From positions 186,001 to 250,000 of the IMG/VR virus record IMGVR_UViG_3300037502_003770: a DNA stretch of 64,000 bases. One strand, written 5' to 3'. This document shows, one piece after another, positions 1-9,914 of this stretch. The position numbers and the translations under genes are program-made. The first letter of the stretch is position 1, and each line of letters opens with the position of its first letter. Below the pieces are notes generated by a model. The model was not told the DNA's origin and did not search any database. It was given only the letters and a program-made list of their open reading frames with translations.

Positions 1-408
1 ACAATTTTACCTGATATATTTTATCAAATACAAAAAGGTTTAGAACCAACAGATAAAAATATTTTAAGACCTATATTTCATGGTTATAGTAAACATAAAT
101 GGTTTAAAGCTTTATATGGTTATAGTGCAAATATACAAAAAGCTTTAACTAGAAATTCATTTAAAAAAATATATTATGAACAGTTTTTACAACCTAATTT
201 AGATAAAATAACTCTTTCTCAAGAATTTAAATCTAATTTAGAAAAATATTATTTAAGTGAAGAATACTCATTTATGGAAGTATCAAAAATAAGAATAAAA
301 GAAAATGATGTATGGAAAAAAGTAGATAATGACGAACCATATTCATTTAGTGAATTTAGTTATATAGATTATATAGAAGAATGGAAGAAATTGCAAATAA
401 AAAATTAA
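1..408 (+). CDS. Hypothetical protein, 5'-truncated by the window edge
   Basis: Frame 1 is open from base 1 (TILPDIFYQ...) to TAA at 406-408, overlapping the terminase start; not in the ORF track because it lacks a start in the window. Confidence 0.65.
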   Translation, partial: TILPDIFYQIQKGLEPTDKNILRPIFHGYSKHKWFKALYGYSANIQKALTRNSFKKIYYEQFLQPNLDKITLSQEFKSNLEKYYLSEEYSFMEVSKIRIKENDVWKKVDNDEPYSFSEFSYIDYIEEWKKLQIKN

Positions 409-2123
409 CAAAAGCTCAGATTACTGAAGAATTTATAAAAATTTCTTTGGATATAGAATATTTCGCTTTAAATTATTGTAAAGTAAAAGATAAAGCTAAA
501 GGTGTTATAGGTCCTTTTAAAGTTATGCCTACACAAAAAAAGGTTTTAAAAGCTTATATGGAAAATGATTATGTAGGTGTTTTAAAATATAGGCAAGGAG
601 GTATTACAACAGTAACTATTTTATATGTGTGTTGGTTAATTTGTACTCAAAATGATTTAAAAATTGCTATTGTTGCTGATAAACTTAAATTATCAATAAC
701 AGATATTGTAATGCCAATACATAATATGTTAATGGATTTACCAGAGTGGCTTAGACCCACTTTATCAATCGATAGACAAGAGTTAAAACAATATAGTAAT
801 GGATGTGTGCTAAAAGCAGTTGCAGCTTCTAAAGACGGTTTAAGAGGTATGTCTCCTGATTATTTAATAATTGATGAAGCAGCTTATTTACAATATGGTG
901 AAGCATTTTGGACATCAGCATCAGGTACATTATCTGTCGCAGGGAAATGTATTATGATTTCAACACCTAATGGTCAAGACCCTGTTTATTTTGCTCAATA
1001 TGAAGCATCAAGAATAGGTGAAAGCGGATTTCATTTTGTGGAAATTAAATGGTATGAAGATATAAGATTTAATAAAGGGTTAGTTTGGAAACAAGGTAAT
1101 GAAATTATGGTTGAAGGTGAGGAAGCATTAGATGAAACAAAATTTAATGAATATATACAACTAGGTTATAAAGCTTCTTCTCCTTGGTATGTTACTATGT
1201 GTAAAACTTATTTTGGTGATAAAAAACGTATTGCTCAAGAAATTGAAAATAGTTTTATTGGTTCAGGTGGTGCAATGATACATGATGAAGATTTAATTAG
1301 ACATGAAAGAATTGCAAAAACTTTTCCATTTAGAGAATTAAATAGAGAACCGAATTTATGGATTTTTGAAGACCCTATTCCAACAGAAGATTATGTATTA
1401 TCAGCTGACGTTGCATCTGGAGGAGAAGATTATTCAACTTTTCAGATAGTTAGAATAGATAAAGTTTCAGGAAAATTAATTCAAGTTGCAGAATATCAAA
1501 ATAAAGTAAAAAATGATGTTTTAGCTCCAACTGTTTTTGAATTTGGTAGATTATATAATTTTGCTTATCTTGTTGTCGATGTTACAGGTTCACATGGTTT
1601 ACCTTTAGTTGAAAGATTAATAGAATTAAAATATCCTAACCTTCATTATAGTGATTATTCAACATCAGCTATTTCTGAAAGAATAGAAGGTTTAGAAAGT
1701 TTTGATGGTAAAAAACCTGGTTTTATTGTAGGGGGTGGTCAAATTAGACAATTAATATTGGCTAAATTTGAAGAAATGGTAAGACTTGATACTTTACAAA
1801 TTAGGTCAGTTAGATTAATTTCAGAAATGAAAACATTTGTATGGATGCCTTCAAAAAATAGATATGACCACACAAGAACTAAACACGATGACTTATTATT
1901 TGCTATGGCAATAGCTTGTTATGTTGTTGAATATTCTATTATTAAAAGTAAAAATAATAAAGAAGGTGTTAAAAATATGTTGGATAGTTGGACTTTTGTT
2001 AGACAAGACGATATATATAGTAATAAGTGGATGAATCAAGATTCTTTTAATGAACAAAATATTAAAAAAGGAATTGATAGTGGTAGAAATAATAATTTAC
2101 CTGACCCATTCTTCTTTTTATAA
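381..2123 (+). CDS. terL: Terminase large subunit (T4 gp17-like)
   Basis: Walker A-like VLKYRQGGITT, Walker B YLIIDEAA, coupling motif ISTPNG, RNase H-like nuclease motifs SADVASG and HDDLLFA. Confidence 0.95.
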   Translation: MEEIANKKLTKAQITEEFIKISLDIEYFALNYCKVKDKAKGVIGPFKVMPTQKKVLKAYMENDYVGVLKYRQGGITTVTILYVCWLICTQNDLKIAIVADKLKLSITDIVMPIHNMLMDLPEWLRPTLSIDRQELKQYSNGCVLKAVAASKDGLRGMSPDYLIIDEAAYLQYGEAFWTSASGTLSVAGKCIMISTPNGQDPVYFAQYEASRIGESGFHFVEIKWYEDIRFNKGLVWKQGNEIMVEGEEALDETKFNEYIQLGYKASSPWYVTMCKTYFGDKKRIAQEIENSFIGSGGAMIHDEDLIRHERIAKTFPFRELNREPNLWIFEDPIPTEDYVLSADVASGGEDYSTFQIVRIDKVSGKLIQVAEYQNKVKNDVLAPTVFEFGRLYNFAYLVVDVTGSHGLPLVERLIELKYPNLHYSDYSTSAISERIEGLESFDGKKPGFIVGGGQIRQLILAKFEEMVRLDTLQIRSVRLISEMKTFVWMPSKNRYDHTRTKHDDLLFAMAIACYVVEYSIIKSKNNKEGVKNMLDSWTFVRQDDIYSNKWMNQDSFNEQNIKKGIDSGRNNNLPDPFFFL

Positions 2124-2130
2124 ATAATTT

Positions 2131-2137
2131 CTATTTA
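2131..2137 (+). promoter_or_regulatory. CTATTTA putative late promoter
   Basis: Exact heptamer 19 nt before ATG 2157; same motif recurs upstream of most virion genes. Confidence 0.6.
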
Positions 2138-2156
2138 AAAGAAAGAAGAATTTTTA

Positions 2157-3188
2157 ATGAAAAATTACGATAAGTTAAGTGATAATGAACATAAAATAGA
2201 TTTAATTTCTTTAAATGAATTTTTACTTGAGAAAGGAGATTCTTTTTTAAATAGAATAATTGAAACTCAAACAATAAAAAGAGAAGAAATTACAAAGGAA
2301 TTTTTTCAAGATAGATATGTATGGATATTTAAAGGAATTAAAGACCGTAGTGATTTTAATGGTGAAGATTTTCCATCAGAATGGTATACAGAAGGTATTA
2401 TAAATGGAATTATAAGAAGATTTGTTGATTATACTGAGTATGGTAGAATTAGTGAACATAAATTTTTATTATGTTTAAATTCAAAAATTCAAAATTATTA
2501 TTCTCTTTGCGAAAAAGCAGTTGATGATAATCCATTTAATATAGTATTAGTTGCTGAACGTGCTATTGATTATTCTCTTTGCGAAAAAGCAGTTAATGGA
2601 TATCCTAATGTTATAATAAGCATTATACCCGAAAAATTTAAAACATATTCATTATGGGAACTAGCTATTAGTAAAAATGGTTATTTATTAAAGGAAATAC
2701 CAAAAAATTTAATTGATTATTCTCTTTGTGAAAAAGCTATTAAAAATGATGTTGAAGCTTTACAGTTTGTACCAAAAAATATTGAGAATTATTATGATTT
2801 AGTAAAATTAACTTTTGAAAAGTCGAGTTATATAGTTGAAGCAGACTGGTTTCCAAAAGAATATATTTTGAAATTAATAAATGATGAGGATTACCCAAGT
2901 CGTAAAGAATATTTAACAAAACAATACTATTTAAAAGAAAATAACAACATGACAAAAAAAGATTTATTAATCGAGTTCATAAAAAAAGAAATAGCTAGAG
3001 TTTTAACCGAAGCAAAAAAATCAAAGAAAAAAGTTGGTCCCACAGGAAAAAAACTTATTAAAAGAAAAGATGGTTCTTATTCAGAAGAAGGTCTTTACGA
3101 TAATATCCGCAAAAACAAAGGTTCAGGAAAGAAACCAACCGCACAAATGAAAGCTCAAGAAAAGAAAATTAAAAAAGCAGAAAAATAA
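2157..3188 (+). CDS. DUF4116-like repeat protein (paralog family), in-frame fused to a basic C-terminal module
   Basis: N-cap IDLISLNEFLLEKGD, ~24-aa repeats IDYSLCEKAV...[IV]P, C-cap WFPKEYI; C-terminal 79 aa start at an internal ATG (2949). Confidence 0.75.
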   Translation: MKNYDKLSDNEHKIDLISLNEFLLEKGDSFLNRIIETQTIKREEITKEFFQDRYVWIFKGIKDRSDFNGEDFPSEWYTEGIINGIIRRFVDYTEYGRISEHKFLLCLNSKIQNYYSLCEKAVDDNPFNIVLVAERAIDYSLCEKAVNGYPNVIISIIPEKFKTYSLWELAISKNGYLLKEIPKNLIDYSLCEKAIKNDVEALQFVPKNIENYYDLVKLTFEKSSYIVEADWFPKEYILKLINDEDYPSRKEYLTKQYYLKENNNMTKKDLLIEFIKKEIARVLTEAKKSKKKVGPTGKKLIKRKDGSYSEEGLYDNIRKNKGSGKKPTAQMKAQEKKIKKAEK

Positions 3189-3189
3189 T

Positions 3190-3414
3190 ATGAAAAAATT
3201 ATTAGATATTTTATTTATTGGAAATATTGTATTAACATTAAAAAGAAATGTTAAACTTGGTATACCAAAAATTTCTTTATGGTTTATACTACCTTTAATA
3301 TTAATAGGATTATTTACTGTTGGAGTTGTATTTTCAGCTAGAATAATCCTATCTATTATATCATTAAGTGTATTTGTTTTTGGTTTATTTTATAATATTC
3401 GTTATATAAAATAA
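3190..3414 (+). CDS. Small membrane protein (two predicted TM segments)
   Basis: Hydrophobic stretches ISLWFILPLILIGLFTVGVVF and IILSIISLSVFVFGLFY; starts immediately after the upstream stop. Confidence 0.55.
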   Translation: MKKLLDILFIGNIVLTLKRNVKLGIPKISLWFILPLILIGLFTVGVVFSARIILSIISLSVFVFGLFYNIRYIK

Positions 3415-3415
3415 A

Positions 3416-3610
3416 TTACATCCATAAAGATTTACGATTCCAAAGATTTTTAAATAATCGAACCAAAGATGAGTTGACAATATTTTCAAACTCATCTTTG
3501 GTTTTTTTAGTCCCTATTTGTTTAGAAACTTCATCTTCAATCATTTTTTTATATGTATCTTTTATTTCAGATTTAATTTTATCTAACTCTTTTTTTGATA
3601 ATTCTGCCAT
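3416..3610 (-). CDS. Hypothetical protein downstream of portal
   Basis: Start overlaps the portal stop (TAATG at 3608-3612); charged helical 64-aa product. Confidence 0.65.
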   Translation of the reverse strand: MAELSKKELDKIKSEIKDTYKKMIEDEVSKQIGTKKTKDEFENIVNSSLVRLFKNLWNRKSLWM

Positions 3611-6015
3611 TATGTTATTCTTTTATTTAAAGTTTCATTTATTTTAAGTTTATTTAATTCTCTGAAAAAGATTTCATTCAAATTTTGGTTTTTATCTTCA
3701 GGTTCATTTTCTTGATTAGGAAGATTGTTTTGGTCAGGACCACCTAAACCTAAATCACCACCTCCGCCAGCAGGATTATTTAAATCAGGTGTACCACCTA
3801 AACCTAAATCACCGCCTCCAGTATCACCAAAACCTCCTGCACCACCGAAATCACCTCCAAGAGAAGCGCCTCCACCGAAGCCACCACCTCCACCAAAATC
3901 ACCCATACCCATATCACCGCCTTGTGGTTGTTGACCTTGAGTTTGGGTACTTGGTTTAATATCAAAACCAGCATTTTGGTATTTAATATATTTATCCATT
4001 AATTTAGATGATTTAATTAACATTGGTGCAGACTTTACTTCTTCACCTATTTTAGATTCAATAAATTGGTCCAAAATATCATCTAAAATATCTTCTTCCG
4101 ACATACCAAGTATTTCTTTTTTAGCTTTTGTTGTTGACATTGGCGCTAAACCATTAGCCCCTTGTTGTGTTGCTGAATTATATGCTGTTAATTTTTCATT
4201 CATATTAGCAATTTTCAACATTTCAGCTTGAGATGATGGGTTTTGCATTGTAATTGTAAAATTATCAATATTTTCTAAGAAATCCCCTCCCTTCAAAAAA
4301 AGATGTATAATTGCAATTTTATTTAATTCTGAAATTAAAGATTGTTGTATTCTATTAATTTTTCTTGCAAACCTTATGTCTAATATAGAAAGGTTTGTTC
4401 CACCCTTTTCCATAGAACCATCCGATGAAAACGCAAGAAATATTTTAGGAATACCTAAACCTGTAAATAATAAATCCCTGAAGTAAGAAACATCCATGAT
4501 TGCATCAAGATTTGAGTTTTGTGTAAATATTCCACAAGATAGTAAAAAGTTATGATAATCATGTTCTTCTTCATTACCATCGATTGTAAGTGTACCAGTA
4601 TCAATTTTATAATCTAAATCCTCAACTGAAATAACAGAAATATTTATTTCTTTATTAAAACTCCATAATGATTCATTAACTTCTAAATCTTTAGCTTCTT
4701 TAATACCATTAAATTTAGTTGGGAATTTATGGTCAGGTGTAGTAATAATTGTTTCACTATTATCTAAAGTAATTTTTACTACATCAGTATTTTTTCTTGT
4801 TACAGCAGCATTAGTAATTTTACCTGGTACTATTTCACCAGTTTCAGGATTAATACTATAAGTCCATAATTGTTTAGTTTTATCAGAATTAAATTCATCT
4901 ATAATTTCAGATAACATTAAACTTCTACCATCTAATAAATCTATTTTAGTATCTAAAGCTAGACAAGCACCAGGAAGAGTTTCTATTGGAGATGAAGCGT
5001 TATCACTTCTTGTTGGAATAAAAATATCTTCATCATTTGTTGCAACGTGATACTTCCAGTTATAATCACCAGTTTTAGGGTCAATTAATGGTTTTTTCTT
5101 TACTTTATTTGCAACCATTTGAACATAAGAACCTATATCTTCTGTAGGAATATTTCCAACATTTACTTTATAAATCCTTCTTTCAGCGGCTCTAGTAATT
5201 CTATATACTAACATAGAATCTTCCATCATACTAAGTATTCTCCAAATTCTTCTTACTTTATCTAAAACAGACATACCATAAGGCATCCTTCTATCATCAC
5301 CAAGTAATCTAAAGTGTGCTATTTGCCAGTGAGTAAATTGACTACTATCAATACCACCTTCAGTCATTTTATTTCTAAAATAAATATTAATATCTTCATT
5401 ACCATTACTATCTCTTTTAGTTTCTTCAACTCTTTCAATATTAATATTTGGTAATTGTTTTGCACCTGTTACACCTTCTTTATCATTTAAATTTAAATAA
5501 ACAAAATTATCGCCATATTTACACATGTTTCTTGCCCAGAATTGCAATGTAGTATTAACATCCAATACTTTATAAAAAAGATATTCTAATTCTTGTTTAA
5601 CTCTTTTATTATCAGAATAAATATTAATTACTTTACCATTATCGCCAATAGTTGTAGCTTCTTCTGATAATAAATCTAATGCAGAACCAATTATAGGATA
5701 TGATTCCATTAATTCAAAATCATAATATTGCATAATTCTATTAGATTCATAAGCTAATGAATTATTTCTATCTACTTTAATTAAGCTTTTATATTGATTA
5801 TCAAAAAATACACTTTGTTGATATGTTTTAACTTTTAATTCTAATTCTTCTTTTGTTTTAGCAATTATTTTATCTTTATCAACATCTACTTCATTTTGGT
5901 TTATTTTATTACCATTAATATCTTCTATATTTTTATTAACATATGAGGTACTACTAATGTTAGTAGGAAAAAGTAAATCACCTAATCTGTTAAATATCGT
6001 CTTGTTATTAGCCAT
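3610..6015 (-). CDS. Portal protein (T4 gp20-like), intein-containing, Gly-rich C-terminal tail
   Basis: gp20-like motifs QIAHFRLLGD, PYGMSVL, EDSMLVYRITRAAERRIYKVNVGN, EDIFIP, IETLPGA, GIPKIFL, DIRFARKINRIQ. Confidence 0.93.
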   Translation of the reverse strand: MANNKTIFNRLGDLLFPTNISSTSYVNKNIEDINGNKINQNEVDVDKDKIIAKTKEELELKVKTYQQSVFFDNQYKSLIKVDRNNSLAYESNRIMQYYDFELMESYPIIGSALDLLSEEATTIGDNGKVINIYSDNKRVKQELEYLFYKVLDVNTTLQFWARNMCKYGDNFVYLNLNDKEGVTGAKQLPNINIERVEETKRDSNGNEDINIYFRNKMTEGGIDSSQFTHWQIAHFRLLGDDRRMPYGMSVLDKVRRIWRILSMMEDSMLVYRITRAAERRIYKVNVGNIPTEDIGSYVQMVANKVKKKPLIDPKTGDYNWKYHVATNDEDIFIPTRSDNASSPIETLPGACLALDTKIDLLDGRSLMLSEIIDEFNSDKTKQLWTYSINPETGEIVPGKITNAAVTRKNTDVVKITLDNSETIITTPDHKFPTKFNGIKEAKDLEVNESLWSFNKEINISVISVEDLDYKIDTGTLTIDGNEEEHDYHNFLLSCGIFTQNSNLDAIMDVSYFRDLLFTGLGIPKIFLAFSSDGSMEKGGTNLSILDIRFARKINRIQQSLISELNKIAIIHLFLKGGDFLENIDNFTITMQNPSSQAEMLKIANMNEKLTAYNSATQQGANGLAPMSTTKAKKEILGMSEEDILDDILDQFIESKIGEEVKSAPMLIKSSKLMDKYIKYQNAGFDIKPSTQTQGQQPQGGDMGMGDFGGGGGFGGGASLGGDFGGAGGFGDTGGGDLGLGGTPDLNNPAGGGGDLGLGGPDQNNLPNQENEPEDKNQNLNEIFFRELNKLKINETLNKRIT
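4516..4965 (-). mobile_element. Mini-intein (150 aa, no homing endonuclease) in portal
   Basis: Begins CLALDTKI (Cys1, aa 351), block B TTPDHKF, block F/G HNFLLSCGIFTQN followed by Ser+1; inserted at LPGA|SNL. Confidence 0.92.
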
Positions 6016-6049
6016 AAATTTTTTATTATCAAATAATACTTATATTATA

Positions 6050-6056
6050 TAAATAG
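6050..6056 (-). promoter_or_regulatory. CTATTTA putative late promoter for portal
   Basis: TAAATAG on + strand, 34 nt upstream of the portal ATG; divergent copy at 6101-6107 serves ORF 6127. Confidence 0.6.
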
Positions 6057-6126
6057 TATTGTTAAAAATAACTATCTTTTTCTTAAATAGTAATTTCTTA
6101 CTATTTAGTAAAAACATTATTCTATA

Positions 6127-7398
6127 ATGAAATTTATTTATATAAAGAAAGAATTATCACCAAAAATATTTAATAACCAAAAAAATGTTAAAGCTATTAT
6201 AAGAAAGAAACTTATTGATTTAGCATATATGTATTTGAGAAACTATAATTTAAAAGATATAAAGGTTTTAGATATTAGAATGGTTGGTAGTTTATGTAAT
6301 TATAACTATAACGCTTCATCTGATTTAGATTTACATATAACAGTTGATTATAGTAAAATTTCTGATAATAAAGAGTTTGTTCTTGAATATTGTAAGACTT
6401 TAAGGAAGAATTGGTCTCAAAATAATAGAATTAAAATATACGGATTTCCTGTTGAAATCTTTATTGAAGATAAAAGTGTACCAATGAATGATAAAGGTGT
6501 ATATTCTTTATTAAAAAATAAATGGTTAAATGAACCAAAAAAAGTTTCAAGAGAAAAAATTAATTTAGATGATATAAAATCTTTATATATAAAATATAAA
6601 AGAACAATTAGAGATTTACTTAAAAGTGATGATATTAATGAATATAATAAATTTTCCGATGAATTAGGTTCTTTTAGAAAAAAAGGGTTATCTTCAGAAA
6701 AAGGTGAATATTCTGATGAAAATATTGTTTTTAAGTTATTAAGAAAATATAAAAAATTAGATTTAGTTACAAATAGAAAGAATAATCTTTTAAGAAGAAA
6801 ATATACTCTTAAAGAAGGTATTTTTAAAAAAGTAAAAAAACATTTAAAAGAAAGTGTTGTTTCATTAAATGGAAAATATAACTTAAAAAATATTACTAAA
6901 ATAAATACAAAAAATAATATAGATTTAGATTCTTTAAATAATTTTTTACTTGGGGAAGGTGATGATTTTTTAAATTTTTTATTAATGGTAAATGATTATA
7001 AAAAAAGGGATTATTCAAATAATAAAATACAAGAATATTATTTACGTGAAGCTTATTTTAAACCTTTACACCATACGTATCCTGAAGAATTATGGATGTA
7101 TTATTCATTTTGTGAAAGAGGTGTATCTATAAATGGTATGTGTTTAAAATATATACCTGAACAATTAAAAGATTATAATTTATGTAAAAAAGCTATTATT
7201 TCAGCACCTTTTGCATTAAATTATACACCTAAAACAATTGAAAATTATTATGAATTAGTAAAAATTGTTATGAGAGATTTAATTAAATTTAAAATGTACC
7301 GTAGAAGTATTATGTATAATTACGGTATAAGTGATGAATATATACCTCAATTAAAAAAAGATTTTCCTGAATATTTTAATCATGAAGATTATTCTTAA
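6127..7398 (+). CDS. Pol-beta-superfamily nucleotidyltransferase fused to a DUF4116-like repeat module
   Basis: MVGSLCNYNYNASSDLDLHI (GS...DxD) and third acidic residue in PVEIFIED; C-terminal third has IDLDSLNNFLLGEGD cap, KDYNLCKKAI repeats and EYIPQLKKDFP cap. Confidence 0.8.
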   Translation: MKFIYIKKELSPKIFNNQKNVKAIIRKKLIDLAYMYLRNYNLKDIKVLDIRMVGSLCNYNYNASSDLDLHITVDYSKISDNKEFVLEYCKTLRKNWSQNNRIKIYGFPVEIFIEDKSVPMNDKGVYSLLKNKWLNEPKKVSREKINLDDIKSLYIKYKRTIRDLLKSDDINEYNKFSDELGSFRKKGLSSEKGEYSDENIVFKLLRKYKKLDLVTNRKNNLLRRKYTLKEGIFKKVKKHLKESVVSLNGKYNLKNITKINTKNNIDLDSLNNFLLGEGDDFLNFLLMVNDYKKRDYSNNKIQEYYLREAYFKPLHHTYPEELWMYYSFCERGVSINGMCLKYIPEQLKDYNLCKKAIISAPFALNYTPKTIENYYELVKIVMRDLIKFKMYRRSIMYNYGISDEYIPQLKKDFPEYFNHEDYS

Positions 7399-7426
7399 AT
7401 AAAACTATTTAAATTAAAAGAATTAT

Positions 7427-8329
7427 ATGTCATTAGGTACAACTGGTATAGTAAAATCATCTACTGTAGATGTAAAAGATATTGAAATATTATATAGTTA
7501 TTCAGTTGATAGAACTGATAGTAATACAGTATTTACTAAAGTAGCGGATAGTTCTTCTTTTATAAGTAACATTTTTAGTCAAGATATAACAACTGAAAAA
7601 ATTCAAGGGTTATATCAATTAAAATTATCAAAAGATATTTTTAATAAAGTAGGAATTTATAATATATTAATTAGACCTAAGCAAATAAAACTCCCTATTT
7701 TAGATATAGGTATATTATCAGCTTTACCAAATGTAAAGGGTATAATTATTGATACAAATAATGAATTATTTATTAATGATGCTGAAAAATTATTATCAGG
7801 AGCTTTAACAGGTTATAGAATTGAATATATAAATACAGATAATTCTATTCAGTCAAATTTATTTAGAACGGTAACTTATTCTAATAGATGTGAACCTATT
7901 ATACAGAATCTACCTAATACAACAAATAAATCTGTTTCTTATAGATTAAATGATAATAGTGGATTACTTTTTTTAACAGTAACACCTTCTGTTAGTTCAT
8001 CTATTAAACCAAATTCAGAAATATTTATAGGTACACCAAATCAAAATATTATATTATCAAATACATTTTTTGACCCTTTATTTATTGAAATAGAGTTAAC
8101 AGAATATGATTTAGATACACTTGCTTTAGCTTTCTATGGTGAACAAACAAGAAGTACTCAAGACGGTGTAGTTACATATTATGATAAAGATAGAAATATT
8201 TATAAACAATTTACATTGTTTGAAATTAAAGATGAAAATAATACACCTTTATATGAAGTAAAAGAAGTTATTACTGATATAGATGAATCTAAATCATATG
8301 AAGCTATAACAAATGATATTATTAGGTAA
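7427..8329 (+). CDS. Hypothetical protein, probably virion-associated
   Basis: 300-aa ORF with CTATTTA at 7405-7411; beta-rich composition; no catalytic motif recognised. Confidence 0.7.
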   Translation: MSLGTTGIVKSSTVDVKDIEILYSYSVDRTDSNTVFTKVADSSSFISNIFSQDITTEKIQGLYQLKLSKDIFNKVGIYNILIRPKQIKLPILDIGILSALPNVKGIIIDTNNELFINDAEKLLSGALTGYRIEYINTDNSIQSNLFRTVTYSNRCEPIIQNLPNTTNKSVSYRLNDNSGLLFLTVTPSVSSSIKPNSEIFIGTPNQNIILSNTFFDPLFIEIELTEYDLDTLALAFYGEQTRSTQDGVVTYYDKDRNIYKQFTLFEIKDENNTPLYEVKEVITDIDESKSYEAITNDIIR

Positions 8330-9093
8330 TGAATAAATTACAAGAAAAAAGTGATGCACATAAAATAGATTTAGAATTGTTAAATAACTTCTTACTTGAG
8401 AAAGGGGATAATATGTTAGAGATGTTATTAATACGAAAATATATAATTCCTTTAGATTTAAAAAAAATAAAAATATATCTATCAATAGATGGTTGGTTAT
8501 TACAAGATATACCAGAAAAACATAAGACATATGAATTATGCAAAATAGCAGTCACTAAAACAGGAAATGCTATTTTGCACGTTCCTGAAAATTTAATAGA
8601 TTATAATCTTTGTGAAATAGCGGTTTTACAAAATGGGCGTTCATTAGATTACGTGCCTTATAAATTTAAAGATTATAATCTTTGTGAGAAAGCTGTTTCT
8701 AATTATGGTCATGCTATACAATATGTACCAAAAGAATTAATTGACTATTTTCTTTGTGAGAAAGCGGTTTCTACTCATGGTCAATCTTTAATGTATATTC
8801 CTAAAAAATTTATTGATTATCCGCTTTGTGAGAAAGCGGTTTCTAATGATGGTTGGGCTTTTCAACATGTACCAGAAAAATTTATAGATTACTCTTTAGT
8901 GAAATCTACTTATCAATATAGTATAGAAGCAATAAAACAAAACTGGTTTCCAAAGGAATATATACCTCAGTTAATAAAAGACTTCCCTGAACATAGAGAA
9001 TTTTTAGAAAACAGTTTACTTCAAGAATATATTTCCAAAGAAGTAAGAAAATTATTAAAAGAAACACTATTTACTAAAAAGAAATTATTATAA
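8329..9093 (+). CDS. DUF4116-like repeat protein (paralog family)
   Basis: N-cap IDLELLNNFLLEKGD, five clear 24-aa repeats (e.g. IDYPLCEKAVSNDGWAFQHVPEKF), C-cap WFPKEYIPQLIKDFP...EYISKEVRKLLKE. Confidence 0.8.
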   Translation: MNKLQEKSDAHKIDLELLNNFLLEKGDNMLEMLLIRKYIIPLDLKKIKIYLSIDGWLLQDIPEKHKTYELCKIAVTKTGNAILHVPENLIDYNLCEIAVLQNGRSLDYVPYKFKDYNLCEKAVSNYGHAIQYVPKELIDYFLCEKAVSTHGQSLMYIPKKFIDYPLCEKAVSNDGWAFQHVPEKFIDYSLVKSTYQYSIEAIKQNWFPKEYIPQLIKDFPEHREFLENSLLQEYISKEVRKLLKETLFTKKKLL

Positions 9094-9887
9094 TGGACAA
9101 AAATAAACTAATAGAACTGGTACAACAAATATATGGTTATTCAAAAATCATTGGTGAATCATTAAAAAACATTGGCGATGATGTAAGTAATTTACCTATT
9201 GATTTGGAGAATGATTTAAATTCTATTGTTTATCAATTAAAAGATTATAAAGAACAAATAGTAAAAAATCTATATGGTAGTAAATTAAATGAACTAGCAA
9301 AAAAGAAAAAAACTACCACACCTGTAGAAAAAGGTCCAGATATTGTAACAAAAGATAGACAACAAAATAAAGAAAGAACTAAACCTGTTCCTTTAACAGA
9401 TGAACAACTTAAAAAATATAAAATAGAGCTACAAAAATTTATTAACCAAAATACAAACGATATTGCTTCTTTAAAAGATATTTTTGATGATATATTTCTT
9501 ATATATGAAAGATACTCTAGTACAGAAAGTGATAAAATAGAAAATAATATTGATTTAAAAATAAACTATGTTAATCAGTTATTAACTTTAACAAATAATG
9601 CTATTGATATAATAAAAAGTTTAAAAAGTAAAAATAATGTATGTTTTTATTTATTCATGTATGATATATTAACTGATTCTTCAAATGATGATTCAACCTT
9701 TAAATTTAATGAATTTCTTTTCGCAATAAAATCTTTCTATAATAATTTAATTGCTCAAGATTTTTTTGAAAATAATAGAAAAATATATTCTGAATATAAA
9801 ATAATAAACTATAACGATTTCTTAGTTGCTCTTGAAAATTCTATTAATAGATTTGCAAACTTTAATGATTTAGATAATCGTTTTTAA
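9093..9887 (+). CDS. Hypothetical protein
   Basis: 264-aa helical ORF; CTATTTA at 9067-9073 inside the upstream gene's 3' end. Confidence 0.7.
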   Translation: MDKNKLIELVQQIYGYSKIIGESLKNIGDDVSNLPIDLENDLNSIVYQLKDYKEQIVKNLYGSKLNELAKKKKTTTPVEKGPDIVTKDRQQNKERTKPVPLTDEQLKKYKIELQKFINQNTNDIASLKDIFDDIFLIYERYSSTESDKIENNIDLKINYVNQLLTLTNNAIDIIKSLKSKNNVCFYLFMYDILTDSSNDDSTFKFNEFLFAIKSFYNNLIAQDFFENNRKIYSEYKIINYNDFLVALENSINRFANFNDLDNRF

Positions 9888-9914
9888 CAACTTTTCATTA
9901 ATAGTATGATATTT

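Noticed and set aside
3190-3414. Holin assignment for this ORF (or 32907-33221)
   Set aside because: Only hydrophobicity supports it; neither is adjacent to the endolysin.
3725-3934. Pro-rich ORF on + strand
   Set aside because: Antisense shadow of the Gly-rich portal tail (GGN codons read as NCC/CCN on the other strand).
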